DNA from: Octopus sinensis
Taxonomy: Eukaryota
Assembly: GCF_006345805.1 (NCBI RefSeq)
Contig: NC_043002.1
Span: forward strand, 108,190,001-108,254,000
DNA: 64,000 nucleotides
Direction of reading: 5' to 3'
Of the stretch, positions 48,978-63,048 are shown one piece after another (the first letter of the stretch is position 1; every line of letters begins with the position of its first letter). The translations under genes and the position numbers were made by a program. Under the pieces are notes generated by a model, which was not told the origin of the DNA, did no database searches, and worked only from the letters and a program-made list of their open reading frames with translations.

Positions 48978-49368
48978 AGGCGCAGGAGTGGCTGTGTGGT
49001 AGGTAGCTTGTTTACCAACCACATGGTTCCGGGTTCAGTCCCACTGTGTGGCACCTTGGGCAAGTGTCTTCTACTATAGCCTCGGGCCGACCAAAGCCTT
49101 GTGAGTGGATTTGGTAGACGGAAACTGAAAGAAGCCCATCGTATATATGTATATATATATATATGCGTGTGTGTGTTTGTGTCTGTCCTCCTAGCATTGC
49201 TTGACAACCGATGCTGGTGTGTTTATGTGCCCGTTACTTAGCGGTTCAGCAAAAGAGACCGATAGAATAAGTACTGGGCTTACAAAAGAATAAGTCCGGG
49301 GTCGAGTTGCTTGATTAAAGGCGGTGCTCCAGCATGGCCGCAGTCAAATGACTGAAACAAGTAAAAGA
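48978..49368 (+). mobile_element. SINE family 1
   Basis: Full-length copy. Confidence 0.9.
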
Positions 49369-49955
49369 ATCTGTTTCATTTTGAGGTGAAATGTATGTTC
49401 TTCCTTTGGTTTTGAACAAATCTGACCATCAAAACCATTGGAAGTCACTCATTCTTTAGATAAATCCTCTCATCCTGCTGAGAGCCAAGAGTGAGAGGAC
49501 ATCTATATGCAGTACTTCAACCTGCTAGAAATAGCAGATAGTCTCCCACTAAAAATATATATATTCATATGCAAACCAATAACTGGAGTAACCTGAGTAC
49601 CAGAATGGCTTCATTCCAAACATACACTTTCAGTTATTATCCTAATCTTAATCCTTCAATGTCAAATGGGTGTAATAGTAATAGATTACTGAAATTATTG
49701 TTGTTGCTCTTGTTACTGCCACCGTTACATGAAACGACCATAATGAAAGAAATACTAGCAAAGTCTTAACTAATTTCCGGTCTGTTAAACCTAACAGAAC
49801 ATGGAATGAAAGAAACAAATAAACAGAGAAGTCAAGTTAAATAAGGTTAAAAAGATTAAATTTTAATTTCTTATTTTTAATGTCTCAAAAGCAGTTTATG
49901 ATTTCTCAAATATGATTGTCTTCACTCAATTGAGTAACAAAATTTAAGAATAAAA

Positions 49956-50348
49956 TCTTTATATATAAAAGTAAGGTTGTGTGTCTGTCTCCTACAATTT
50001 AGATTCCTAACTACTCCCACATTTTGCGGTACAGTTTAACCAAAACCGGGTATCTTATAGTCGTGGGTCATACCCTTCTGGGTATTAGCGAGCATCTACG
50101 ATGAGTCTATGATTTAAAAAAAAATTTACCATAATTTTTTCCCATTTTAATGCATTTTTTCGCTATTATATAAGGGAAGTAACTCTCTAAAAATGTCTAC
50201 GATGAGTCAACGATTTTTATAAAAATTTACTATCATTTTTTTTCCATTTTTAATGCACTTTTTTGCTACTTTTTGGCTATAACTCTCTAAAAATGTTTAT
50301 ATAGTTATTTCCCTTACAAACCCGAGCAACGCCGGGCGATACTGCTAG
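49956..50348 (+). mobile_element. Non-autonomous Helitron
   Basis: A|TC start (tctttatatataaaa), subterminal hairpin cccg-agcaacgc-cggg (50321-50336), CTAG|T end, no TSD; internal ~120-bp duplication. Confidence 0.88.
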
Positions 50349-51512
50349 TAAAATATAAAAAGAGCCATTATAAGTGCAACTGTACCAATAACAGCTGCTG
50401 TTGTTGTTGTTGTTTGTTGTGGTGGTGGTGATAGTTCTAATGTTTGGGTGGCTCAAGCATCAATAGTGCTGTCTTAGGTTTTAAGGCCTACCCCGCTTTC
50501 TCTACTGTATGTAACCTGAGAAAGTTTATTACACCCACTCTTTGTCGAACTCGCCCTAATCCCCAACACCACCCTGACAGGAAATAGTTTGGTGGAAGTA
50601 AAAACAAGATGCAAGACTGGCGGAGGTAGGCTGCAGGAAAGTATCTTGTTAAAGGAAGAGGCTATGAATCATCAAAACTAAAAGATAACACACACACACA
50701 CACAAACAAACAGACACGCTAGAAAGAAATCGGCTGAATGAAGAAAGGGCTTCTTTAATACTGGAGCTACCTTGAACCTTCACTAATCAAATGCAAAAAA
50801 GCTAGCAAAATTAATGACAGCTGAAGTGAATGCAGACTTTCAACAGCAAATCTAACATACTCTGTTGCTAGGTTGAAGCCACTCCATAACATGCCTGCTA
50901 AAATTATGTATATACACATATGTAAATATAACATTCCCATGCTGGAAACTGAACCCAGGCCACCTGGATGAAAGCCAAGAATCCTAACTATAAGAGATGT
51001 TACTTCAGGACAAATACTGTAATAACTGGCCTATCAACTGTGTACATAAGCATGATATGTAGATGGCTATATACAGAGAGAGACAATAAAGCAGATAAAC
51101 AAATTAGATATAGTAAAAATAACAGTTTGGCTATAAAATAATATATATATATATATATATATATATGCATGCAAAATGAGAGAAAGCAAAAAAGTGAAGA
51201 CTTCCAAATGATGAATATTTAAGTATAAATATATAGATCCAACTTACACAGAGTGCAAATGACAGAGAAAATTAAAGGTGTGGAAGAAAGGTGTTATTAG
51301 TCCAACAGCCGTTTCTGGGTGCTCAGAGATCCATCATAATGTTGGTAGATGTAATTCATCAAAATATGCAATCATAGTGGAAGCAATCAACATTAGATAA
51401 ATTGAGCTTCTGTCATCAGAGTGGAGGGATGGCTATATATACATTTGTTCGACTAAAGGTGGTGCTCCAGCATGGCCATGGTCAAATGATAAACAAATAA
51501 AAGAATATATAC

Positions 51513-51546
<34 letters not shown>

Positions 51547-51548
51547 TG

Positions 51549-51880
51549 TCATCATCATCATCATCATTTAACGTCTGTTGTCCATGTTGGCTTGGGTTGG
51601 ATGGTTTGACCAGGGCTGGCAAGCTGAGGGGCTGCACCACACTCCAATCTGAATTGGCATGGCTGGATGCCCTTCCTAATGCCAACAACTCTGAGAATGT
51701 AAGAAGTGCTTTTATGTGCCATTAGTAAGGGTGCCAGTTGTATGACACCAATATCTGCCATGACTATGATTTCACTTGGCTTGATAGGCCTTTTTCTCAA
51801 GCACGGCATATCAAGAAGGGCCTAGATCATTTGCCATTGCTTCTGTGAGGCCCAACGTTTGAAAGGTGCCTTTTATGTGC
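51549..51880 (-). mobile_element. RTE 3' UTR fragment with (GAT)n tail
   Basis: (cat)n-ttaacgtctg..ggctggatgcccttcctaatgcc..gaggcccaacg. Confidence 0.75.
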
Positions 51881-52211
51881 CACACACACACACATATATA
51901 TATGTATGTATATATCTCAATGGTTTTCTATCTTTACCTGTTCATACCCCCAATTTGACTTTCAGTGTGACACAGTGAATTGACAGCTGTCAGAGTGCTG
52001 GATAAAATAGCTTGCACTTATGTTCTGGTGATCTGTGCTCTTAGTTCAAATACTGCCATGACTAACTTTGCATGTCATTCTTCCAGGGTCAGTAAATACG
52101 AGACCAACCGAATCCGTACATAAATGAAGTACCAGCCCAATCACAGACTGGTGGAATTGGTACAGCATCAATCAAATACCTTGCAGTGTCTATTCTGGCT
52201 CTTTGCATTCT

Positions 52212-52425
52212 GGCGAGCTGGCAGAATCATTAGCACGCTGCACGAAATGCTTAACGGTATTTCATCTGTCTTTATGTTCTGAGTTCAAATTCCGCTGAGG
52301 TCAACTTTGCCTTTCATCCTTTCAGAGTCGATAAATTAAGTACCAGTTGCATACTGAGGTTGATCTAATCGACTGGCCCCCTCCCCAAAAATTTTGGGCC
52401 TTGTGCCTAGAGTAGAAAAGAATAT
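52212..52425 (+). mobile_element. SINE family 2 (tail B)
   Basis: Full head plus tail ctccccaaaaattttgggccttgtgcctagagtagaaaagaatat. Confidence 0.88.
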
Positions 52426-54394
52426 TGGTGACAAGATGTATTGGTCTTTGACTTTTCTTTGGACTACATTGGAAGCTTGGGAATGAGGAGGCATGATCAC
52501 CTGCAAGTCTTTGATTAAAAAGAGAAAAAAGGCTGCCCAGATCCCTGCTTTGGAGACAAACCTTCCACGTATAGATCCATAAATCCATGAAACAGACATA
52601 AACACAAAGGTTCTAATGCAATCTTGCCTCATTGCAAAGGGACCAGCTGTGTTAAAAGTAGATCCATGCATTGCTGTGCAGTTGAGAAGCTTGATACCCA
52701 ACCACAGGGTTTCAGGTTCTGTCACACTGCATGGTACCTTCAATAGAAGTCTTCTACTAAAACCTTGTCAGTAGATTTGGTAGATGGAAACTGAAAGAAG
52801 CCTAATGTGTGTGTGTGAGTGACAGAGAGAGAGAGAGAGAGAGTGATAGAATAAAATTCAAACTTATAAAAAAGTAAATTCTGGGGTTGATTAATTCAAC
52901 TCAGAAATTTTTAAAGTTGGTGCTCCAGTATGGTCGCAGTCTAATGACTGAAACAGGTGAAAGATAATGGAGAAAGAAGCAGTTTTTAGCCAAGAAACTA
53001 GACTCTTTTATTGGAATTTAGACAGCATCAGAGTAGTCATGTATGTGTATGCAATATGCACGTATACATACATGTATGTATATTAGTATACATGCACATG
53101 AGTATACATTTATACAGAGTGACACAAGTAATGGAGAGCATTGCATTTCTGGATCTTGTTACCTGATGAATTTCATGTATGCTTTACCTATTTTGACATT
53201 AACAGCTTGTAGCAATAATATTCTGATTAAGGCGTGTTCTCTCTTGTCTTATGAATCCCAATACCTCAAGTATGCATGTGTATGTATGTATGTATCTGTG
53301 TGTGTCTGTGTGTATATTTATTTATATATATCTATATATATATATATATATATGAACACATGTAAGTATGTGTGTGTTTATATCATCATCATCATCATCA
53401 TCATCGTTTAACGTCCGCTTTCCATGCTAGCATGGGTTGGACGGTTCAACTGGGGTCTGGGGAGCCCGAAGGCTGCATATATATATATGAACACATGTAA
53501 GTATGTGTGTGTTTATATATATATATATATATATGATGATATCATCATCATCATCATGAACACATGTATATATGTGTGCATATATATGTGTGTGTTTATA
53601 TATATATTTGTATATTTATATATAGTATATATCCATATATATATATGAACACGTATATATGTGTGCATATGTATGTGTGTGTTTATATACATATATATGA
53701 ACATATATATGAACACATGTATGTAAGTATATGTACATTTGTGTTTGTGTGTGTGTGTGTGTGAGTTCACATGTGTTTGTACAGTCTCACTCAATGGCTA
53801 TGCTTGAAGAAAATAGTCTATAATTATGTCCTGTTACTTGGTCCAGACCACCTCAACATAAACAGATACCAAGGGAAGTGCAGGCGATGCACAATTGATT
53901 TCTTTATTGTAGTTACAATGCAACCATTTGATAGGAAGAAAGAGTGGGTTGCTAAATTCTGAGATGAAGTCCTCTAAGACCAACTCGACCTTTATTCCCC
54001 TGAGGCTGGCAATATAAGTTCCAATCATAGAGCAGTGAGCTGGCAGAATTGATAGCATGCCAGGTAAAATGATTAGTGTCATTTCAGGTCTTTACATTCT
54101 GAGATCAAATCCCACTAAGGTTGACTTCACATGTCCTCCTTTCAGGGTCAGTAAAATACGTACCATTCAAGCAGCAGGGTCGATGTAATCAACTTTGCCC
54201 CTCCCCCACAATTGCTGGCCTTGTGCCAAAATGTGAAACCAGTATACGTACCAAGTGTAATTAAGACAGAGTAAAATTAGATTTCAGTGTGTTTTTGTGA
54301 GGACATTGGGGGATTACAATGAACTGGTATTTTCTCCTATGAAAGAAAAGGGGTTTGGTGGGCTCAGCTTTGTATGGGATTATGGAGTGGCCTT

Positions 54395-54472
54395 GTGGTC
54401 GATGTCTATGTAGATATAATCACATATTCCATAGTGGTCGATGTCTATGTAGATATAATCACATATTCCATA
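54395..54472. repeat. Perfect 39-bp tandem duplication
   Basis: gtggtcgatgtctatgtagatataatcacatattccata x2. Confidence 0.9.
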
Positions 54473-54632
54473 ATAAAATAAGTACAGACAGTATTGCTTG
54501 ATATCCACTTTACCATGGTTGGACAAGTTTTTCATGAAATACAGGAAAGGAACACCCCTGGTTGGATGATGTCAACATAAGGATACACACAAACACAAGT
54601 ACACACACATGCACATATGTATATGTACATAT

Positions 54633-54839
54633 ACTCTTTTACTTGTTTCAGTCATTTGACTGTGGCCATGCTGGAGCACCGCCTTTAGTCGAGCAAATCG
54701 ACCCCGGGACTTATTCTTTGTAAGCCCAGTACTTGTTCTATCGGTCTCTTTTGCGGAACCGCTAAGTGACGGGGACGTAAACACACCAGCATCGGTTGTC
54801 ATGCAATGCTAGAGGGACAAACACAGACACACAAACATG

Positions 54840-54860
<21 letters not shown>
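54633..54860 (-). mobile_element. SINE family 1, 3' half
   Basis: Tail and central part match; ends in (TA)n. Confidence 0.85.
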
Positions 54861-54896
<36 letters not shown>

Positions 54897-55006
54897 TAAA
54901 TGAAAGAATTTATTATTAATGACAATTCTTTTGACACATCTAGCGTCCATCCCTCATGACTGTGTGTTACCAGTAAGCTACCAGGTATAAACCATTCGTT
55001 TTATTA

Positions 55007-55035
55007 TCCTATATATATGTATGTGTATATATATA

Positions 55036-55084
<49 letters not shown>

Positions 55085-55109
55085 ATATATGTGCGTATGG
55101 GTATGTATA

Positions 55110-55153
<44 letters not shown>

Positions 55154-55219
55154 GTATATATATGTGTGTATGTATGTGTATATTATATATATATATACGT
55201 ATATATATATGTGTGTATG

Positions 55220-55272
<53 letters not shown>

Positions 55273-55328
55273 ATGTATGTGTATATATATATATATGTGT
55301 GTGTATGTATGTGTATATATATATATAT
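55007..55328. repeat. Compound (TA)n/(TG)n microsatellite
   Basis: Directly visible. Confidence 0.95.
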
Positions 55329-55606
55329 AATTTCATTTTTGGATTTGGTTGCAAGATTCTTTATGTGAGTTCGTGTGTTGAAGCATATTCTGTTGCGTCT
55401 AGGGAGAGTAATTCTCTGTTAGTGATTTATAATTTAACACGATCACCAGTAAAATTTCAACTTATTTGCTTCTTTATTTTTCTAAAATTTTCGTTGCATC
55501 TTGCAACCTTTTCATTAGTTTTGAAAAGGTTGCAAGACGCAACAAAAATTTTGGTAAAATAAAGAAATAAATGGCACCAAAAGAGAATGACTTTCCCCAG
55601 ACACAA
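55329..55606. other. Unclassified segment between TA tracts carrying a 45-bp-arm inverted repeat
   Basis: Arms 55470-55514 and 55522-55566, 4 mismatches, 7-nt loop. Confidence 0.7.
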
Positions 55607-55607
55607 C

Positions 55608-55644
<37 letters not shown>

Positions 55645-56211
55645 CCATAGATTATTCATGGAAGCAAGAACATAGACACACATACATGCATGCACAGACG
55701 CACATACATACACCCCATATACACCCAGAGCGGATAGTAAAACTAATTTAAAGGCATTCAAAGTCAGACACACATGAGGTGGTGTGGGGGGTGGGGGTTT
55801 CAGAAGGGACCAAGCTTATCCCCATGCAGTTTCTTTTTACTGTCTTAATACTCTGTCTTGGATGTTTTTTTGGAGGGGGAACAGATGATGTGGGGGTGGG
55901 GTGGAAAGGAGTCACCTCATTATATTATCAGCTTCTCTCCGGATAGTTTTTACAAGTTTTACGAAACAACCCACCCACCCCCCGCCACAACCTACCCTGG
56001 GTCTATAGAATATCTACAAACATCAACAAGCGGATAGAGATGTAGATGCATGGCGGGTGAGTGAGTGTGGTGGGAGCGAGGAAGGGGTTAGAGGGGCACC
56101 CAGTTCTGATACCTTTTTTTTTTTTTTCTTTTTGCAAAGAATAAATTTCTCATATGCACTAAACCTTCTGTTTTTGTTTCGATTGGATCATAGATTATCT
56201 AATAAATGGGT

Positions 56212-56245
<34 letters not shown>

Positions 56246-57869
56246 ATATGTGTGTGTATGAGAGAGAGAGAGAGAGAGAGAGAAAAAACGGATTTATGGG
56301 TATGTGAGAGAAAATGGGTGTGTGTGTGAGGTTGTGAGAGAAAATGGATGTGTGTGTATATGTGTGTGTGTGTGTGTCTGTAAGAGATTGAAAACAGGTT
56401 TATGTGTATGTGAGAGAAAATGGGTGTGCGTGTGAGAGATAAATGTGTGTGTGTGTGTGTGAGAGAGAGATAATGGGTATATGTGTGTGTGTGTGTGAGA
56501 GAGAGAGAGATCACATTACACCATGTTGTTAGTTATCAGATTAGATATGATTTGTTTGTAAACATGTAAAGAGTTATTAGTGTGTGTGTGTGTGTGTGTG
56601 TGTGTGCCTATACACACACACACATCAGTGATACTTTATTTTTCAAAAAATGACAGTAATAGTAGTAAAATGATATCACTGTGAGGAGCAGAGTTTCTGA
56701 CATTTATGGTTGAGATGTCAGGAAGTAAAGAGGCAAACAGAAGAGTTCTCCATCCTCTCCCTTGCTATGTTTCAGTGATTAACCATCGTCTTTAAAGGTG
56801 ACCAAGGCTTCACATCTTGGACACTGCAACAATGGAAGACCAGCTGTAAATGTAAAGCCAAGATATAACTAGCGTGACACAATGTGTGACCCTGTGTGAC
56901 AAAGATGCACCCTTAGATTACAGCCATATGATAAGACTTCTACACAGTTTCCAAATACTGAGTTCCACTTATAGGGTATGAGTTTCTCTGAGACTTTAGA
57001 AAACGACATTAGCCCTAGATGTCAGTCAATGGAAGTGAAACCTTAGGATTGCCAAGCAATCCTCCTTAACCATTCATCAGAATCATCAGCATCAAACAGA
57101 ATGCTTTGTGGCATTTGTTTCAAGTCTTTGCAATCAGATCACAGTTCAAATCCCATAGAGGTTACCTTGGTCTTTCACGTTTTCAGAGGTTAGTAAAGAA
57201 AGTACCAATCTGAAGCGGTTGATTGCTGGAACTGTAATAATCTCAAACCAGATGCCCTTGTGGTGTTTGTTCAGGCACTTTCCATTCTAAGTGCAAATCC
57301 ATCCATGGCCTACTTGCGTGGTAGCCCTTAACATATTGCCCAGTTTAGCACCACCATCAGGCAGTTTGGGTATCTTTAGTGGAGTCCACTCTGTTGCAAG
57401 CATTTGACACCAGATTTCCATTTTGAGGATACCGTCCTCCTCCCCACCACCGCCACCATTCTCAGAGACTCTGTAACAAGACATGGACCCTGCCTGCCTT
57501 CACAACTAAGCAGATGAAACAACAAAAAAGCAAGAAAATTCTAATGGATTGTGGGCGGAGGTTGCAGTAGATATGTGAGGGCATTGAGGGTGATCACAAG
57601 TCACAAGGAGTTGATGATGGAGAGCAGCATAGAGAGTAAGGGAGAAGGTGCAGAAAGGAGGGGATTGGAGATAATAGGTGGGGTGAAGAAAGGTAACTGG
57701 GGGTGGAAGGTAACTGAAAAAGCCAGGGGATGTAGTATTGCCTACTCTGCTCTCATGAGATGGAAGAAGTGATGGGTATTAGATGAAATATCTATGGAAG
57801 GGAAACGGTTGATGGAGCAGAGCCCTTCATGGATAAGCATTACCAAGGTGGTTTTCAGATATCGATTCT

Positions 57870-58105
57870 TGAGTACAGCAAGTTACCAGATATCTTGATC
57901 CTTTGTCATCTCCTTTGTAAGTCTCATCAGCTTGATATTGGCCCTCAATTCTTCATCCGACGTCTTCTTGGGTCTCCCTCGTCCACAAGTTCCATCCACT
58001 TTAAGTGATCAACACTTTGTTATATATACTACCTTCATTCCTCTCTAATCTTCACATGTCCTCTGTATTCAGGGCCCACATCTCACTACCATGTAGCATT
58101 GCTCT
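57870..58105 (-). mobile_element. Degenerate RTE 3' coding fragment (same family as 1-3280)
   Basis: GSEMWALNTEDM*RLE..CGRGRPKKT..MTKDQDIW. Confidence 0.7.
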
Positions 58106-58676
58106 TCATAAACATGCATTATATACACATTATTATATATGATGAGCTTTCAGTTTCCATCTGCCAAATCTACTCACAAGGCTTTCGCCAGCATGGGACC
58201 ATAGTAGAAGACACTCACCTGAGGTGCCAAACAGTGGGGCTGAACCCAGAACCATGTGGTTGGAAAACAAGCTTTTTATAACACAGCCACTGCAGTGAGG
58301 TTAGGAGCTTTCTTGCAAGTTGGTGATTTCACTGGTACCAGCGCCATGAAGAGAAGCACCCAGTACATTCTTTGAAGTGGCTGAAGTGTATCCAGTCATA
58401 GAAACTATACCAAAATTGCCATAGGAGCTTGACACAGCCCTGCAGCTTGTTGGATCCTGTCAAACTGTCCAACCCATGCCAGCATGGAAAAGAGGCATTA
58501 AATGATAGTATGTTGATCTGTTTGTGTATGAAGGACAAGAAAATTTTAAAGTGCTTTCTCTCTTTATATATATTTAGAGAGAGATGTGTTTCATTATGCA
58601 TATGTAAATGTGTGTGTGTGTGTATATATACATATATATTTTGTTCCAAATTTGTGTGAATGTGTGTGTGTGTATG

Positions 58677-58707
<31 letters not shown>

Positions 58708-60440
58708 ATATCTGTAAATTATATGTATATATATATATATGTTGTATATTGAGAATATGTTGTCTATTGACTTTTTATACATGCTAGGCCACTGGCAGTG
58801 AAATTTCTGGGAATATTCGCTACCCTATTTATATATATGTATGTATATATATATATATGTGTGTGTGTGTGTATATATATGTATATATGTATATATATAG
58901 TCATGTATACACATACATTCACACACCTGTGTTAAAATACAGAAATATTTCAACCTTTTCTTTGACAAATTTATGTATTTTTGCTCAGTTGATTTTGTGA
59001 ATGGAATAAAAAACCAAGCTGACAAGTCCAGGCAGTTTCCAACAACAGGAACAGACACTCAGACGTTGCTATACAAATATAATATAGTGTAAACTTTGAT
59101 AAGACTAGAATTTCTTGAACAGCCATTTTCATTAAAATAACAGATGGATGGATGAAAAAAACTGAGGGAAATGACGAAAGCAAAGAAATTGGTGGGACTG
59201 GGAGGTTGGGGTTGAGGTGTCTAGGCAAGTGAAAAAGGTGTGCCTTCCAGCGAAATCATGTCTGAACAACACAAATTTACACAAAATACGGGAAGTTGAA
59301 TGAGACGAAATGTAAACCAGCTGTATGAATAAACAAGTGTGAATATTGTGGAGGAAGAAATAATTCGGAAATGGTAGTATTTATAGGTAAACAAGAGTTT
59401 GTAGTCACCGATGAGCTGGTCACTTGGCATAGAAGCGGAAGGAATATCGTAGGTGGCGGGGGCGGTGGTGATGATGATGGTGGGTGGGGAAGAGAGGAAG
59501 ATAGGAAGAATGAGTTGCCGCCGCCGCCCAATTCAGATACAGGCACACTTTTATGGAACGACTTTTTACAACTTCCTTTAAGATGTTCCTCGTATTTTAA
59601 TGAAACTTCAAAGAAATCTTCTTTCTTGTTAACGTATTGTTTATTTTATTTATTTCCAAGAATTGCTTAAAATTGGAAGTTACAAACTTGTAGAAAGAGA
59701 GAAAGAAAGAAACAGCATTTCAGAGGATTACAGTTGTTGAGATAATAAAAGACAAGAAATGAGAGGGCGGAAAGGATGCAGGAGAAGTAGAACAGGATGT
59801 TAGCATCTCATCATGTTGATGATAAAACAGATTAAAAGATTACAAGTAGTCAACAGGTCTTACTTGGCAGACATTTCACTTTGAAAATGGACCACCATCA
59901 GAGTAAAAAGAAAAGAAAAGTCCCAATTTGTGAAGGTGTAGCATTGTTTTCTGCAGTTTATATACAAAAAGGGAACACCTTTCCATACATGTAATTTTAT
60001 GTATGTGCCCTTGTCCACAATATGGTTCTTAAAGCTTATAATATGTCTCTATTCTTGGACACAAAATGGCTTACCTATCATTGAAGGCAGCAAGCTTGCA
60101 GAATAATAACTGCATCGGACAAGATGCTTAACAGTGTTTCTTCCAGTTCTTTACATTCTGAGTTCAAATCCTGCTGAGATCAATTTTGTTTTTAATCTTA
60201 CCAGGGCCGTTAAAATAAAGTAAACAGTCAAGTACTGGGGTCAATGTAAATAGCTAACCTCCACTCCTTCTAAAATTGCAGGCATTGTGCTAAAATTCGA
60301 AACCAATATTTCTTACCTCTACAACAGATTGGCAGAATTGTTACAGTGCTGGACAAAATGCCTTGTAGTATTTGCTCCAGCCCCTTACATTCAGAGTTCA
60401 AATCATGTCCAAGTCAACTGTCTTTTACTGTTTCAGAGGT

Positions 60441-60823
60441 GGAGGCGCAATGGCCCAGTGGTTAGGGCAGCGGACTCGTGGTCATAGGGTCGCGGTTTCG
60501 ATTCCCAGACCGGGCGTTGTGAGTGTTTATTGAGCGAAAACACCCAAAGCTCCACGAGGCTCCGGCCGGGGATGGTGGTGATCCCTGCTGTACTCTTTCA
60601 CCACAACTTTCTCTCACTCTTACTTCCTGTTTCTGTTGTACCTGTATTTCAAGGGGCCGGCCTTGTCACTCTCTGTGTCACACTGAATATCCCCGAGAAC
60701 TACGTTAAGGGTGCACGTATCTGTGGAGTGCTCAGCCACTTACACGTTAATTTCACGAGCAGGCTGTTCCGCTGATTCGGATCAACCGGAACCCTCATCG
60801 TTGTAACCGACGGAGTGCTTCCA
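60441..60823 (+). mobile_element. SINE family 3 (tail A)
   Basis: Near-identical to 5719-6101; TSD actgtttcagag at 60427-60438 and 60826-60837. Confidence 0.92.
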
Positions 60824-61124
60824 CCACTGTTTCAGAGTCTGATAAAGTACCACTGAAGCACAAGTGTTGATTTTAATACACCATAGTTGTTGTTTAGCTT
60901 CAAGAAAGCCCTAATTCAAGGAACCTCGGATTAAAAACCTTCCAGCATGTTGCCATAGGTTGGACATCATGCCACCATTCACAATATACAGTCACTAATC
61001 ATCTTTATGAAGTTCAATCAAATATTCTCTGATCAGACTCGCTTTTTTCTCCTGTCAATGGTGGATGGAGTATATTTATACAGTCTTTTAGGGAGATTTG
61101 ATATGGAAAAGTTTAACAAAATGG

Positions 61125-61523
61125 CTGTGTGGTAAAACGTTTGCTTCCCAACCACATGGTTTTGGGTTCAGTCCCACTGCATGGCACCTTGGGCATCTAT
61201 CTTCTACTATAGCCTCGGGCTGACCAAAGCCTTGTGAGTGGATTTGGTAGACTGAAACTGAAAGAAGCCTGTCATATGTGTGTGTGTGTGTGTGTATGTG
61301 TGTGTATGTGTGTTTATCTCCCCATCACCACCACTGTTTGACAACTGGTGCTGGTGTGTTTACGTCCTCATAACTTAGAGGTTCAGCAAAAAGAGACCAA
61401 TAAAATAATTACCAGGCTTTAAAAAAAATCAAGTACTGGGGTCGATTTGTTTGACTAAAACGCTTCAGAGTGGTGCTCCAGCATGGCCATAGTCGGATGA
61501 CTGAAACCAGTAAAAGATAAAAG
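61125..61523 (+). mobile_element. SINE family 1, older copy
   Basis: Consensus match with more divergence. Confidence 0.8.
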
Positions 61524-62663
61524 AGCTGCTGTAGCTCTTAACTCATATAAGCTCCGTTAATTCTTCCAGGTCTCATCCATTAACTAACTTTCACTACTAA
61601 ACCTAGCATTACTGAACATACTTCTCATGTAAACCCCTACGTAACCCCTATGTAGTTCCTGAATAAAGAAATCCCTTTTGATGTTGGAAAGAGCTTAAAG
61701 TTCTTTACATTTCCTCTAGATCTCGTAGATCCTACTTAGAAGTTAAATATATTTTGTGAAAAAACATTTGAAGGCTTAAAGCATGGAAAATATAGTTTAA
61801 CGACATGATTGGGTATAAAATGGTTTAAATTTGAATTGACACAAAAATGACAACTAAAATACAAACAAATGCTAAATCGCTGAGACTTTGGTTGTTACAT
61901 TCTGAAAGGGTTTAGGAAGAATTCTCAGTTTGACAAACAGTAAATACTACAAGATTAGGCATGAGGGAATGTTTCAGGTAAATGATATCATGTCAACAAA
62001 GGATTAGGGTGATTAGATTACTGTCGAGAAACCTAGCTGACTTGTTAGTAACAAGGATTATAGCTTGGAACAAGTGATATTACTTCAGCAGCACAACAAG
62101 CCATTGAAGGAGTGTCTATGTGGTTGTTTGACCAGCTAGAAATAGCAGTTAAATCACCCACAAATAATATTGTGTCTAAGACATTAGATAATGCAGTCCT
62201 AGATAAACAATGGATTAAACATGATGTGGTCACACAGTATGAAGACCCAAGATTATAAGTTAGCTCATTTGTCAGGGTTGAGTGGGGGCTAAAAAATAAT
62301 CATGCTCCAACGGCATTTATATCTCAAAACATACTTCGTTATCTGATAACATCAAAAGTAGGTGTGCTTGAATATGTGAGTGTACTTCGTTTATGTCATT
62401 GCTAGATTGGTGTCACCTTGGCCAAGCTTACACTCAGACAGTGTCAACATTAAAACAACTACAAGACAGCCATAAGAAATCATTCTCCAAGAAAACTGAT
62501 GGTGGGGTTGGGGGAACTGGCAGAAAGTAAACAGTGATGTTTGGTTAAGTTCATATGCCATGGAGAGAAGCAAAACTGGGTGTTTTAGGAATGGTTTTTC
62601 ATTCAGGAAAAAGGGAATTATGAACCTGAAAAAATTTGACCAATACTCTCTTTACCCTTACTC

Positions 62664-63048
62664 TCTCTTATTTGTTTCAGTTATTTGACTGTGGCCATGC
62701 TGGAGCACCACCCTTAGTCGAGCAAATCGACCCCAGGACTTATTCTTTGTAAGCCTAGTACTTATTCTATCGGTCTCCTTTACCGAATCGCTAAGTTACG
62801 GGGATGTAAACACACCAGCATCGGTTGTCAAGTGATGATGGGCAGACAAACACAGACACACAAGCATATACACACACATACATATATATACATACGACAG
62901 GCTTCTTTCAGTTTCCGTCTACCAAATCCACTCACAAGGCTTTGGTCAGCCCGAGGCTATAGTAGAAGACACTTGCCCAAGGCGCAGTGGGACTGAACCC
63001 AGAGCCATGTGGTTGGTAAGCAAGCTACTTACCATACAGCCACTCCTG
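62664..63048 (-). mobile_element. SINE family 1
   Basis: Full-length reverse-strand match. Confidence 0.88.

Noticed and set aside
55905-55960. Minus-strand ATGAG|gtgact as a first coding exon
   Set aside because: It gives phase 2, which is incompatible with the phase-1 acceptor at 22515 and produces an immediate stop; a UTR role cannot be assessed.
59277-59670. ORFs 59277-59546 (-) and 59371-59670 (+) as proteins
   Set aside because: Low-complexity G/P/S runs, no recognisable domain and no fitting splice sites.
61990-62330. Coding-looking unique stretch
   Set aside because: Interrupted by stops and could not be assigned to any family by eye.
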